Shown here one piece after another: positions 13,440 to 28,372 of a DNA stretch of 64,000 nucleotides. Position numbers and translations under genes: made by a program. The notes beneath the pieces were generated by a model, which saw nothing but the letters and a program-made list of their open reading frames with translations, did not search any database and was not told the DNA's origin. Origin of the DNA: Bigelowiella natans CCMP2755 (taxonomy: Eukaryota; Protista; Cercozoa); contig ADNK01002758.1 of the NCBI GenBank assembly GCA_000320545.1, positions 1 through 64,000 on the forward strand, given 5' to 3'. Each line of letters begins with the position of its first letter. Position 1 is the stretch's first letter.

Positions 13440-15000
13440 CATGGCCTTTTGTGATTTCAAATCTTTAATGTACGACATGTGATAAATGGAATCACCTAAT
13501 TTTCCATCACCAATTCAAGTGTCTAATGTTTTTTCCAATGATGGGGTATGCCATCCCATCCTTCTAATTGTTTCTAGGAGGGATGTTCAGAGGACAGCGT
13601 TCAGTTCATGCACAACGACACCAATTTTGTCATGCGTCCGATGTGGTGAAGCATCGAATTTTTGCAGCTCTCATCCATTAGATGTGTTGTTTGCATTAGC
13701 ATGCTGCAAAATGAATTGCAAAAGTGTCACATCGTTTGCATGAAATGAATCCGAGTTGAAGTGATCTGACCACACTAGCACAACACAATTTTTTTTGAAT
13801 GATCGACATGACATGTAACATTATTGCATTATTATATTATTATGTTTATGTTGCTCTTACATGTTGCAGGAGGCTAATGATTGGTGTTGTTGCTTGAAAT
13901 TCTTTGCACCATACTAACATGTGAATTATAATTATGCAAACGGCACTATGCGTGCATTTGTTCTGGCATTCCATTGTGCAGTGCTCTAGTGCTACGTAGC
14001 TAGATTGCAATGAGCTAAAATGATGGTGATCATGGAGACTGATTTAGCTCCAGCACGCACCCTCTCTAGCTCTAGCACTGCTAGACTGTCAAAATGAAAG
14101 TGTCTCGATCGGTGCGATCATTGAACGGCGTCCTTTGTACGACGCAAATCATCACTCATCTTAATTCATGAACCTCATGCAGGTCCAATTTTCGCTTCGC
14201 TCATCGCATGCCGACTAGATGAGCAATTTAGTATTTTTGCAAATGAAAGCAGAGAGTCTTTTTTTTAATATGATGCAAATGTCCATGCATGCATGGCAGA
14301 GAAAGAGCAGCCCATCAATGAGCAGGCTTGTCGCAGTCGTTTGCATGCATCACTTTTTCCAAGCTAGCAAGTTTAAACATGATTGCTGGTAACAAAGGCC
14401 ATGCACAATGAGTTTGCACTGTTTCAACTGTGCGTGTGCCTTCGACACTGTCTTGCCGTGCATACAGTGATCTTGCTGCATAGATGGAAACAATTAGCAC
14501 ACAACATGTGGGTGTACGAAGCACTGATTGACCGAGTCTCCGCCTGCACTAGCAATAAAAAACAAAGCATTGCATGCAAATTTGAAAAACGCAGTAATCA
14601 ACAGGTATGTGCATGCAAACATCGCACATCCATGTAGCCTTTTGCGCTTTCTAGCTAGCTATAATTGTGCGTCACGTGGATGCATACTAGCATGTCAGTG
14701 TCTAAAGATGTGATACACACACACACACACACATACACACACACAAATGTGCAAAGAAACCTCCAACTAAATGCCCAAATGTCATTACTAGATACTTGTA
14801 GATTACGCATGCGTGTGCAGCTCAGCGCACGCAGCTAGACAGCACGCTCTCGATCTGTCCAAAACTTAGCTAGCATGTACACAATAACACCACACGTTCA
14901 TGTACAACAGCTTTTGCACATATATTGTTTTCGCTTGTGACAAGCTCTCACGTACATTTTACGAGTCGAATAATGAGAACTTGTGTGTATAATCTAGATA
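13440..15000. other. TpA-depleted, CTAG/TGCA/CATG-rich intergenic island 2
   Basis: Compositional switch between two convergent gene ends. Depletion is patchy, with some TA-rich stretches near 13820-13940. Confidence 0.65.
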
Positions 15001-15436
15001 TGTACAAAATGAGATTAATTGCACATAACCAAATTTTCATTGACCTATTACATAACATGCGCATCGTTGTATACGTGGCATACAAATACATACGTCGTGT
15101 GTGGTGAGTTTTATCAGTCATGTATTTAAATCATGCCACAACTGTTGGTACACTTCGTAGCTCAATGAGGTGTGTGTAGGGTTGTGTGTCTGGCTGCTGA
15201 GAAACCAACCGTAATTTGGATTAACAACAGCCACCAATACATCGTCAAGGCAAAAAATTCGTCGATCTTGCGGAAATTAAGTATATCTCAAAATTATCAC
15301 CCAACGTCAATCGCACAAAGTTTCACTTTCATCACTTGAATTCAAATTGTCACTCTCAACTATATTTCATCTTCACTATTTATCCACTTCCAAGTTGAGA
15401 TGATATCGTCATATTTCCCACAAACTACAAGAGTAC

Positions 15437-15492
15437 TTATTTCCATCCACCTGATCACAGTATTTTCATCATCATCATCATGATGGCAATCG

Positions 15493-15534
<42 letters not shown>

Positions 15535-16636
15535 TAGTGTAAGTACAAACACTAAAGTAATAGACACGCATGCACACACACAAATGTGTATATAATGATT
15601 ATATCACCAAATATGGAAGATTTGTTGGGAGAAAGAGAATTTTGTGCAGAGCTGCCAAATAAGCCAGTCGATGGAGCGCCTCCTCCCCCTCCCCCTCCAT
15701 ATGTGGAAGTAGCGGAGTTGGCAAACAAGCCAGCGGCAGATGATGATGATGATGATGATGGAAAAGGGTTGCCACCAAAAGTGGTGGTACTAGTAGCTGG
15801 GGCAGTTCCCACCCCCCCTCCTATCTTGCCATAGCCATAGCTGCCAAACAAAGATCCTCCATAGGGATATCCCCCGCTATTAGTTGATGACCCTGCTGTT
15901 GTTACCCCTCCAAATGCACCGATGACTGGCTTTACTTGTCCTCCAGATAATACAGAGGAAGGAAATAATGACGATGAGAACTGATGCTGCCCAAACAAAG
16001 AGGAGGAGAAACCCTTATTTGCTGTAGGGGCAGATTGATGACCGATGATTTCTCGCATCGCCACTGGAGTGTTGATCGAAGCTAATATGGACATTATTTT
16101 CAGAGTCATCAAACATCACAACCACATTTCTTTTTGTTGCTGTGATAATAAGAATGAATCATAATAGATGTAATAATTCTATGCATTAAAAACTTCATTT
16201 TATTATATGTATGATAATATTAATGTGTGATAACACAATATTATTAAATACTATCATGCTTTCATAACGTTGGCATGTAAAGACAGCAGTATATTCCTAA
16301 AAAAATACTTGAAAAAGGATAAAGTGCAGTGGTAGTAGTTGTAGGTGTAGCAATAGTAGAAGTAGTAGTAGCAGTGCTACATTTGGGGACTCGTCTCCAC
16401 TTAATGTCCTCTTTTGTGAATTGTTTTCCAGGTAATGGAGAGCTGACTTCGATAACCCAACGCTGATTGTCTAATAATTAAGCAATAACATGATAAGACG
16501 AGTATCATTATCAATTTAATACTATGAGTATTACTACTATTTCCTGGTCATGGTACTTGTTTTCAATCTCAAAATTCTCCATCATCGTCATTGCAGGCAC
16601 AGCAACCAACAAACATAACTTGTATTACTGATAGTG

Positions 16637-16667
<31 letters not shown>

Positions 16668-18012
16668 CATTATTAGTAGCAGCTATTGTGGTACATTCTG
16701 CTATTTCATCCAGCTTTATTTTCAAATGTCAGTTTAACTTATTCACCCGATAATTTGCCATCACAATCATGATTATCATCGAAGCAGCTTCCATTTTCGT
16801 CAATGTTTTTAGCCTCACCTTATAGTAGTCGGTAGGGCATAACATAATAGGTATTTAGCACTATCTCCTTCTTCTATTTATGCAACTACATAAAGCAAGT
16901 AGTACTGTGCAGGGATCTTCCATATCTATGATGATGTATAAGAAATAATGCTAATACTGTCCTCCTCTCACACTCATCCTCGGCATCATGATTATGATCA
17001 AAATCACCATCATCACCACCCCCATCACCATCACCACCACCACCACCACCTAAATATTGGTATCCTTTGCCTATGTTAATGGGGTAGAAGGCAGCATTGC
17101 CAGAACTTGTGCTTATTTCCTTTTCGGTGTGTTGCGATTGTTGCTGCTGCTGCTGGTTTGCCATTGGTGAATATACTGGTTGAACGTTGTTGTTGTTGTT
17201 GTTCCCAAAGGAGGAGGAAGAGGAAGAAGAAGAGGCTTTGCTATTGCTAATAGTACCACCATTCATTGTACCACCACCATCACCACCACCACCAGTAGTA
17301 GTAGTAGTAGTTGCAGGGAAGGTTATGCCAGCAGCAGAAGCATCACCACCAGCAGTACAACCGAGTAGCCTAGTACTGCTTGGATTACTACCAGTACTAC
17401 CACCAGTTGTCACGTTCCCAAAACTTAAATCTCCGGTGTTGAAACCACCCACAGGAGGAGAATGATCATAATGGTGATGATGATGATGATGATGATGCAG
17501 AACTAATGAAGTAAGTAGTAATCAAACAAACATGAATCGATATTAGTTACCACCACCATCATCACCACCACCCTTCCCCTCTTTCCCCCCCATCTCATCA
17601 TCAGTCGTAGCTTCTTCCAGAGCAGTTAAATAATGGTTTCCTCCATAATATACTAATCATAGCTTCTGATAAAATACAACCACGCACACACACACACACA
17701 CACACATCAAACACCGACCTTCATCATCATGCTTATGATTTCCAAGATCACGATAAAATTCATTAACACCCTGCTTCATTCCCTCCAAATTGCTGTTTTC
17801 CGGGTAATAAAACTTTTGCACAAATTTGGGCAAAATATCGTAAAAATCTGCGTGGATAGGGATACTTTTCAACGGGATGATGCTAAACCTGCCAAAGTAG
17901 TATTAGTAGTATTAGTATTAGTGGTAGTAGTAGTAGTAGTAGTAGCATTTTGCAGATCATCATCATCATCGTTCTCATCCTCCTCCTCTTTCTCATCATC
18001 ACCGTACTTATC

Positions 18013-18046
<34 letters not shown>

Positions 18047-20464
18047 AAATATTTACTACAAGTACACAAATAGCAATGTAATATTACTCTTTGGTTTGGT
18101 TATGAAATCGCTCTTTCTCTTCTTTAGATAGTGGTGGATATAGTGGCCTAATTTAGTAGTTGATCGAAGAAGAGTTTATTGATAAATGATGATAAGATAA
18201 TAATGGTGATGATGATAACAAATACATACAGTGAAGAGACACACACAAATGTTACGTCATACAACACACACACACACACACACACATCAATTTATACACA
18301 TTATATAATTTATAAATGTAGTTGATGTGGAACAACACGGTCCATAGAATCACTATCTGTATTGTATCTTCTTAATGAAAATGACAAAGACAACGGCAAG
18401 AATAGCAGCAACAACATCAATGACTTTAAAGTGATTGGTATCACACATCACTGCTGGTAGCAGCTACTACCTTTTACCATCACTCGTCCAGTTAAAAGAC
18501 TCACGGGGAAAATCATATATTGAGCTGCCTGATTGTTCATTTTCGCAACAAAGAGTGAGGAGGAGGAAGAGGAGAGATCGTGATCTTTCAGTTGTCATCA
18601 TTATCATTGTCACCATCTCGTAATAGTAGCTGCTATTTACTATTAGGATTATTTGACTCAACATCAAAATCATTACCGTTGAAGTCTATATTTTAGCGAT
18701 TGAAATACCTCCTATAACCTATTTACTCGTTATCACCTCTTGAAAGATTGAAATGTGTTTGACCATACATCTCCATGTTATAGTTAACTACTCGCAAATA
18801 TCTGAATAGAAGGAAAACAAAAAGAAAAGGAAAAAAAAACAATAATCAATAATCACATCCCAACTGAAGAAGAAATATTAATATGTAGTATCAAAAGCTG
18901 ATGTATGGAAAGAGAAGGAAAATTATGGTAATTAATGGTTCTCCAATAGATAATAATGAGGATGAGAATAATGATGCTTTTTAGTGGTAGTAGTCCTTCT
19001 TCTTCTCTTTTTCTTCTTTTTCTTCTTCTCTTTCTTCTTACTAGAAGTTGTGATTATTAACCGATGATAGATGTGGAGAAGGAGATTGTATGTAAAATGA
19101 ACAAAGGGCACGGAAATCAACAACGAATAGCATAGCAAAATGATAGAATTCATCATCATCTTCATCATTATCGTGACAAGAATGATATCGTCACCATCAC
19201 CACCTGATAACTTCTTTTGTCCTTTGTACTGCTTCCTGCAGCACGTAGCAACAACAACAACAACAACAACAATGCCAAGATGATGGATGTATCACTCCTC
19301 CCCCCCCCTCTTCCTCCTCCTGCTACAGCAGCATTTTCTTAGTTATTATTGTTTTGTAGACAACAGACTATTGTATGATGATGATGATGATGATGAAGAA
19401 GAACTCGCTATTACTACTACTACACCAATGGTAAGAATACCTCTGACCTTATTCCCCCTCACCCCTCGTACACTAATACATCAATGCTTTATTATATCGG
19501 CGGCTACTGCAACATGCACAGCTGCATGCATACATACAGCTATTTGCTTCATCCTTCCTCCTTCTCCTTCTTCGTCGTCTTCAAGATGATTTTCAAGCAG
19601 TTCTTGTAACGATGATTTATTCAAACACAAGGGAGAGGGAGAGAGGGGCCAAAAAATACTATCAGACAACGAAATGAATAATAAAAATCGGATGGAATGA
19701 AATATTATTATGCTTTATGATGTTTCAGCAACAACAGAAGAGGAGGAGGAAGATATCCATTCATTCATGCTGCTCAGAACGATGACGACGACTCATCCGT
19801 TTCAAATACAAATGATGCCATCATGGCTAACAACAACGTGATAATTACTTCTTAGACCTCAAATAAGATTACTTCTTCTTCTTCTTCTTCTTCTTCTACT
19901 ACTTCTACTACCGGACATTTCCTGTATTCCTTTGCTGAAATCTTCTTTTTCAATGCTTTTGAGCTCTCTATGATTCATTCCTTTTGAGTAAAAACAAGAG
20001 CAATCATAAATTAAGAAGCTGTAACCATGATTGTTATACTACATATTGGTAAAACTGGGCTGGAGAAGGAGGCGTTCAGGCTGTAATCACAACAACAGCA
20101 GCTACTACTACTACTGCTACTACTACTGCTACTGATACTATTACTTATTACTATATACTACCATATGATATATCGTATAACATGCATCACCTGGTAGTAT
20201 CAAATCAGAGTCTTTTGATTTAGGCTTTAGAAGCTGTTATGAGCATTATCGTCAATATCATCATACGGTATGATATAACACCGATTTAACAATTAGAAAG
20301 TACTACTATTTGACTTGTTGAAAGAGCTCAATGATGTCTTTTACTACCTTATGCAGGGCATTCTGCATTTTGCGTGTATCCCCCTTTAATTTTTGCAGCT
20401 TCCTGCTTTCATGGAAAGCAGCTGATATATTGCCCTGTTTAGTTGAAGATTCCATAAATTAGAA

Positions 20465-20512
<48 letters not shown>

Positions 20513-22698
20513 AGCAGTAGATATAGAGTACTCATCATCGTCCTTCTGCTGCTCACTCTGGTCAAAACATTACTAGTAGCCTCTTCAAATAACGACGATG
20601 TTTTTAGGAGAGAGAAAGGAAAAAGCAGAATAATGTTACAATATTTGAGTACAAATAGGAATTACTTCGCTATTCGCATCGTAAATACCTCCACCATGCA
20701 CGTCATGCGTCATCTGAACGGAGTTAATTACTACTACTACAACCTTGAGATCATCCATTTCAATTTTTGTTGGGATATGCATATTTTGAATGTCTTGTAC
20801 TAAGGTTTCTTTGAGTATCTAGAAGTAAGGGGGGGGGTGGGTATAAAGATAATAATAAGTGGTAGCAGTCGTATAATTTCTATCCTCATTGGTTTTCTTC
20901 CTGATGAGTCTATCATTAGAGGCTTGATGATGATGATGATTACGATGCGTGTGTGTGTGTGTGTGTGGTTTATTTATTACCGGAAATGGTTTAGTAAGAC
21001 TTTTCATTGCTCTTTGCACTTGATGTACCTTGTTGTAAGAACAACAACAACAATAACAATAACAATAATAATAAGGGAAAAGGAGGAGAAGAGTAGTGCC
21101 GACTCGCTAAAGTAGATATGAAGAAGCTCAGGTGATTCCAATTAGTATTTATGATAATATGAAGGAGCTCAAGTGATTCCAATCAGTATTTATGACAATA
21201 TGTAGTAATAGCACCAACAAATACAATACCTTTTCAGTCAGAGTTTGATTTAATGCTACGCAATCATCCTCGTCCAATTCTCTTTCTCCAGGTCGCAAAA
21301 AACCTTGTTATCATAAATCAGTAGTATTGGTAATAGTGATGAAATGACTATATTTGTTAATTAGTATTATTATTTGTTTGATCTATGTTGTTGATTGATG
21401 GGTGTATGTTGTATACTCTCACTCATCATCAATCATCACCACCATCATAATACCGTTTGCCCTTCTTTTTCTTCATAACAACCCCCTTACAAATATCAAG
21501 GAAACACATCTCACCAGCTTCCACAGCTTTGTATCTTCTGCCAATGACCCCACCCCCTGAAGTTAGATCAAAGGTATTATTATTTATAATTATTATTTTA
21601 ACAAGTACCACACACACATTCTCTCAACTACTACTACTACTACTACTAGTAGTAGTAGACAGTACCTAGATCAATCGATTCCCATCCAGGGTGTGGTTGC
21701 CTTCTCCTTCCTCTTAGCAATGGACCGAGACGTTTACGTAGATAATATTCATATTCTCCTCCTCGTTGATCTTCGTCGTTGTAAGATCCTTCACCATCCT
21801 TATCACCGGCTGCTGCTGCTGCTGCTGCTGCTGCAATATCTTCTACATCTACGACGAAACAACAGAGTAGCAAAGAATCAAGACCAAAGTAAGTGGGGAA
21901 GGGGGGGGGGGGGGGTGAGGACGAGATCATAGTAATATCGAAAATAAGTACCACTTCCTGGTAATAACAATGCAGAAACGCTACAACTAGCTCTATTGTT
22001 TGTTGGGAAGGAGGAAGAGGAGGAGGAGGAGGAGGAGGAGGATCATTGTAGTTGTGGATGAAAGACGATGATGATGACCAAAGTGTGTGCTACTACAGTA
22101 CTAGTAGGTAGTTCTACTACTACAACTAATTGAGACGATAATAGACGTCAAGTAGTACCACTATCTCCTCTTGCTCCTTCTCTTCCTCCTTTACCATCAA
22201 CTAATCCATAGTTTAGCATATCTTCTTCTTCCTTACGCTGGTTTATTTGGCATATCAATGGTAGTTAGTAGTAGTAGTAGGATCAAAGTTCTTCTCATCT
22301 TACTGTGTACTAATAGATGGGTACAATTTGTCTATTTACATTCCTTCCTCACTCTTATACTAGATAATAATAGTAGTGTAAGTAGTTGCATCTATTTAAT
22401 AACTTTAGGAGGGCTGCTAACATTGTGTAATGATTACAACGTTAAGCAAGCAATAGATGTGTTGTTTGTTAGTTTGTTTGTTTGCACTACTCTTTCCAGT
22501 GCAGCTCTCATTGTTTCAGAAGGAATAACTGTGTAGAAGAGTAGCATGAGTATACAGGGAGGAGATCATATGATGATGATGATGATGATGATGACGATGA
22601 TTCTTTGATAATACACAATATAATACCACCACTGTAGCAGCAGCAGCAGCAGCAGATTACGATATTTTTCGATGATAAAATACTTAAATGAGTATCAA

Positions 22699-22742
<44 letters not shown>

Positions 22743-23135
22743 TTGATGATAATAGCCAGATTCGATCATTATCAGCATTATTCATTGATTCCTGAGTATA
22801 CATCCTTTTTTTTTCTATGATTACTATTAGCATCATCATCACTGCTACTACTACTACTACTACTACTACTATCATCGATAGATGATGATTTAGAGCCTTT
22901 CTTCCTTGCATCATCCTCTTATATTCTTCTCACCATCTTACCGTTATCACATGGGGGTCGCATTTGTTCAATTGCATCGATAAGTTTGACGGCCTTTTAT
23001 TTATTAGCATGGTAGCTATCATTATTTATATTAATTGGTGATAAGATCCCACTACTATTAGCAGTAGTATTGCCAATGATGATAATACATAAATAGTGTT
23101 TATTATAACCAAGTAGCATAACATTACCACATTAC

Positions 23136-23166
<31 letters not shown>

Positions 23167-23312
23167 TACCATCTATCTATCTATTTATCAGCACAACTAC
23201 TACTTGATTCCCAAATCACCAATGAGCAGCACATTAAAGAGTACGTACTTGATCACAGTATTGGTTGAGTCGCTCATTGTTCTTTTTCTCTATTCCTGGC
23301 TGTTGCTGCCAT
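15437..23312 (-). CDS. Large multi-exon protein with C-terminal FG-repeat (SLFG/GLFG/SIFG) low-complexity tail, nucleoporin-like; 5' end uncertain
   Basis: Exon ~15607-16085: SSSLFG, AFGG, GSLFG, TTFGG, GLFA, GLFG, SIFG. Exon ~16950-17460: GGFNTGDLSFG, SSFG. Last exon GWK* with stop at 15437-15439. Several globular-looking minus-strand exons up to ~23300 could not be assigned to a family and may belong to more than one gene. Confidence 0.5.
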
Positions 23313-23322
23313 TTGTTGTTTA

Positions 23323-23353
<31 letters not shown>

Positions 23354-23433
23354 GTACAATGTTGATGCATCACCCATCGACTAGAGTGTTATTATTACCA
23401 CAATTGCTATCATGACTCCTCTGTACCGTCGTG

Positions 23434-23468
<35 letters not shown>

Positions 23469-23719
23469 GTTGTTTTTGCTACATCTCTTCCATCATACTA
23501 CTACTACTACTACTACTACTACTGCTACTGCTGCTTTTACTACTACTACTATTACCTTTGTGATATCCTCGAGAAATTCAGGAACATCAAATATTACACC
23601 ACTGCCACCACCACTACCACTACCACCACCACCACCACCACTAAGAACAATAACAACAACAGCAACAACAACAATAACAACATGATACATCGTTGTTGAG
23701 GATAGTTTTATGACTCGAT

Positions 23720-23758
<39 letters not shown>

Positions 23759-23816
23759 CGATGATGGTGGTGGGTATGGTATCATGCATGTAAGTACACA
23801 CAAAGTAATGTAACGA

Positions 23817-23859
<43 letters not shown>

Positions 23860-24060
23860 TATAATATTAGCATACTGCTACTATTATCCTCCTTCCCGCC
23901 GTTGACACACACTCATACACACACTCATACATACACATACACACACACTCACACACACACACACGCACACTCATACACACACACACACACACACATACAT
24001 ACAAAAACATTTATAGGGTCTTGAAGGTGGTGGAAATCTTCTTGTTCATGATTCAATATT

Positions 24061-24091
<31 letters not shown>

Positions 24092-24574
24092 ACCTTCCTG
24101 CTCCTCTCAGCGATGACGACGAGGTACTTATTCTGTTTATATCAACACCCCCTTGGTGGGCAATAAATAAGAATAACAATTATTTACGATTTACAAGTCA
24201 TGTGTGAGTTGGGTGAAAAATGATGATGCTTGATACTACTACTACTAGTAGTAGTAGTAACGCTTAAACAATAAAGACAACAACATCAATATGGAGAGTA
24301 AGCAGTAGTACTGTTTCAGAACAAACGGTAGGTGCTCAGCATCTTTTGCTAATACTAGTAGTAGTTATAGAATATTGATAGACTATGATTATGTGATAGT
24401 GCCTCTCCTCCTCCTTCTCCTCCTCCTACTACTACTATTACTACTATTACTGTTACACAAGTGCTGCTGCTGCAGCTGCTGCATATAGTTAGTATTGATT
24501 ACAATATTAGTAGTATTGGTTGTAGTAGTTTAGTGGTACTAAAGGATGGTAATAACTGCCACTAGCAGCTCTCC

Positions 24575-24589
24575 TTATCGTTCCAATAT

Positions 24590-24627
<38 letters not shown>

Positions 24628-25310
24628 GAGGTGTACTACTACTTTGAGCCCCATCAAAGACGTAAGATGGATCTAGATCGTCGCGCATAAAGTCTACTTT
24701 GCCTCCCCGAGAAACCCCTGGAAGGCCTTCTTCTTCTTCTTCTTGTTGTTGTCCTTCTTTGTCTTGCTGCCTCACTGCTACTTGTTCTCCATCTCCAAGA
24801 AGCTTTGGATATGAATTTCTCTTGACTGCAACTTGTTGGTAAATATCCCACCTATATAATACATATACATCAATTGCAGCACACTTAGAAGAAGCACTAC
24901 AAAATGATGATAATGATGATGATGCTGATGATGATTATGACCAACAAAATGGTAGCCATATCATAATGTATACAACAGTAATACCACACCTAAAATAGCA
25001 TGTTATCATAGTAGAAGAAGGCAAGAGTCATTGTTATTATTTTTTTTCCCTTTTTCCATCTTTGCTCATCATCATCGTCATCATCATCATATTTTTCAAT
25101 TGTATTGCCATCATTATTAATATTATTGTTTCTATTATTCCTATCTCTCTCTACAAAAGGCAGGATTTGCAATATAATAACTACTACTAGTAGTACTAGT
25201 ACCATTTCTTGGATCCTATGAACATTTCAGAATACGTACTGGGGCCATAGCCTTCCACACCGAGTAGATATCAATTATAACAACGTAAAAACGCAAAGAG
25301 GGGGTTTAAG

Positions 25311-25364
<54 letters not shown>

Positions 25365-25909
25365 AGAGATGGGAAAAATGTTTATATATGTATATAAAGA
25401 CAACGACTTTGTAATATATGATCTAGTGTAATAGATCACGATAATAGACATGCTACTACATACATAAAAAAATAAATAACAGCACCTTGAGGGTAGTCAC
25501 CCACAAATGTCTTCAGGTTTCTCTTAGGTCTCACATAGCACATCCCAACGTGCATAAATACCTCCTCACTTGGCCGGCCTATTATGATGATGGTTATGAT
25601 GATGGTAATGATTAATTATTGTTGCGTTATAAACAAAACAAAAGCAATTAATAGAATGAGTGAGATGGATAGTTAGGTAGTTACCCTGTATGTGTATATC
25701 GAATGTCCATGTACGTTGATGATGCCCTGCAATACTGCAAGGAATCCAAATGCCTAATTGTTAGTAATATAATTATAATATATCTACTACTATCAGACAA
25801 GGAATCAACAACAGTCGCAACTACTACTACTACTACTACATATGCTAACACAACTACCATACCTACCTTAGCAATAACAACTACAATTACTCATAAATGG
25901 CCACTATTG

Positions 25910-25946
<37 letters not shown>

Positions 25947-26620
25947 CATTTCATCTAATATAGTTTCTGTGAATAAATGAACAAAAACATATCAATTTGC
26001 ATTATTATTTGTTTCCATATCATCATCATCTTCCTCCTAGTTATCTATCCATCAATTAATTCTTTCTTTCTCCACCCCCTTCCTTGATCTTCTATTCATC
26101 AATTTCTTCTTTTATACCTCCCTCCTACTTCAACTACAAATGAACAACTTACTACCCGTTTCAACGCCATTATTTAGCAGCATGACCTCAAATGGATACC
26201 TATTATTCCACAAGAAGAAACAAGTTCTCTTGAGTTTCAGGTACTCTCTCTCTCTATCTCTCTCTCTCTCTGTGTGTGCGTGTGTGTGCGTGTGTGTGTG
26301 CGTGTACGGGTCATTGTGCAACGATTCGAGGCCGTCAAGAATTCCTTGTTTCATTGAAAAGTTACGTCGCTTGTTAAACCTACGTTAGTTGTACTAGTTA
26401 TAGCTACGTCGCTTGTTAAACCTATGTTAGTTGTAAAAGTTATAGCTAATGATGATAACAATAATAATCCAATATTAATAATAATAATAATAATAAAAAT
26501 AATAATAGAAATAATAGATGGACTATCTAAAAAGAAGGAGGTGGAAAATAGCAGCACACAATTGTGTAGTTATTATTTTTATGTTAAGAAGGGGAGACGT
26601 GGAATCTATTGTTTTCATGT

Positions 26621-26661
<41 letters not shown>

Positions 26662-28333
26662 AATGTTATCACTGATTATACTACTTATACTAAAACCAAT
26701 AAAACTACTATTACTATTACTATTACTACTATTCTGCTTCTATATGTACATAATCAGTGGAAATAATAATAATAATAATCATCATCATCATCACATGATA
26801 ATCATGATCGCAGCGATGCGGTCAACAGTACATACTCTGCAACAACTTGACGACTTTGTTCAATTGTAAAATTCATTAATTGAATATGCTCTTGATCTAA
26901 TCTGAAAGAAGACAGCAATTTTTACAAGGTATTAATGAGAAGTAGCAGCAATCATACGTTGATGTTGGTGCATGTATCACGTGGCGGGTAGTATCAATGG
27001 TTAGCTGCTATTATTGTTATTTTTGAGAGTAATATATACTAGTGACAGCAGTAACAATCATAAGTCACAACAACAATCATAACTGCAGGATGATAACATA
27101 AGAGGAATAATTAGGGACTAGTAAGCTTTGCGAAAAAATAATAATTAGAACAAATATTCAACAAAAATGCACACCATCATCATCAGCATCATCCTCTTCT
27201 TATTTCTCTTCTTCATCTTCTTCTTGTTCATTTTCATCGTTGATAATGATGAAAGAATATGTAGTTTGTAGCCATAATAGTCCTGCATCATCACTAGGGT
27301 CTTACTGATCGTGAAGGTCCTCCCATGCTTTAATACCAAAGATTTGAAACAGCTCCTTTGTAGACTCTGCTTCTAAGTAGTCGATCTTCCTTTCAAGCCA
27401 TGAAAGCTAATACACAATTTGAATTCCCCATCATCAACATATAACAAAAACACTAAGAGAACAACACCAAAAGAGTGATGATGATGATAGTAATAATAAT
27501 ACTGTGCATGTAAGAAATGAAAGAATCCATCGGATAGTATTAGGGTTATCATCATCATCATCATCATCATCATCACATTAAGAGCAAAAACAACAACAAA
27601 AACTACTACTACTACTACTACTACTACTCGAAGTTATAACCAACCGTCTTGTTGTCTTGCCTAAGTCTGCCAGTGCTTGGATGAGTAATTCTCTCGATTA
27701 TTCTGGGAATAATTCCACTGAGAATGTCGTATCCTTCCCCCCCTCCTCCTCCTTCTTGTGATAAATCATTCCATGGTATGAGAGCACTGTGTCGTAATGA
27801 ACTTGCATGTCCTCTAAAATCAAATCTTTCCATCCATGATGCTGCTCTCCTGATTTAAGGCAAACACAAGATTGATCATAGTTAAAAGTGGTGGTAGTAT
27901 TAGTGTTTGTTCATCAGGGAGGTGTATTATTGAGTTCTAAAGATAATGAAGTAGGAGTAGCTGGCTTGCAAACAACAAGAGCTGAAGCAGCATGTTGAGA
28001 AACACAAGAACTAGGATCATCTATCATTGTATTAGTCATATAAAGCAATCATTCTCTTATTTACACATAAGCACACACAGACACACACACACATACTCAC
28101 GAAAAAAAAACCACAAATATGAGTGCTATGTGTGGGATAAAATCAGGGTTGTAGTATAGCTCCCCTCTCCCCTCAGACAGAAAGTTGCAGCAGGTGCAGT
28201 ATTCCTACCGTGGAAGATGATCTTGAGGATCACCATCGTCATTGTCAATATCATCATCAGAAATCAGGTGGGGGTAGGGGCTATTTGGGTCTTTGAATGT
28301 TATATCTTCGTAAGCTTCCTTATAAATCTGATG

Positions 28334-28372
<39 letters not shown>

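Noticed and set aside
25480-26250. TruB pseudouridine synthase similarity (YLCTLGCYVRP)
   Set aside because: Only a vague motif resemblance. The catalytic GTLD motif was not found.
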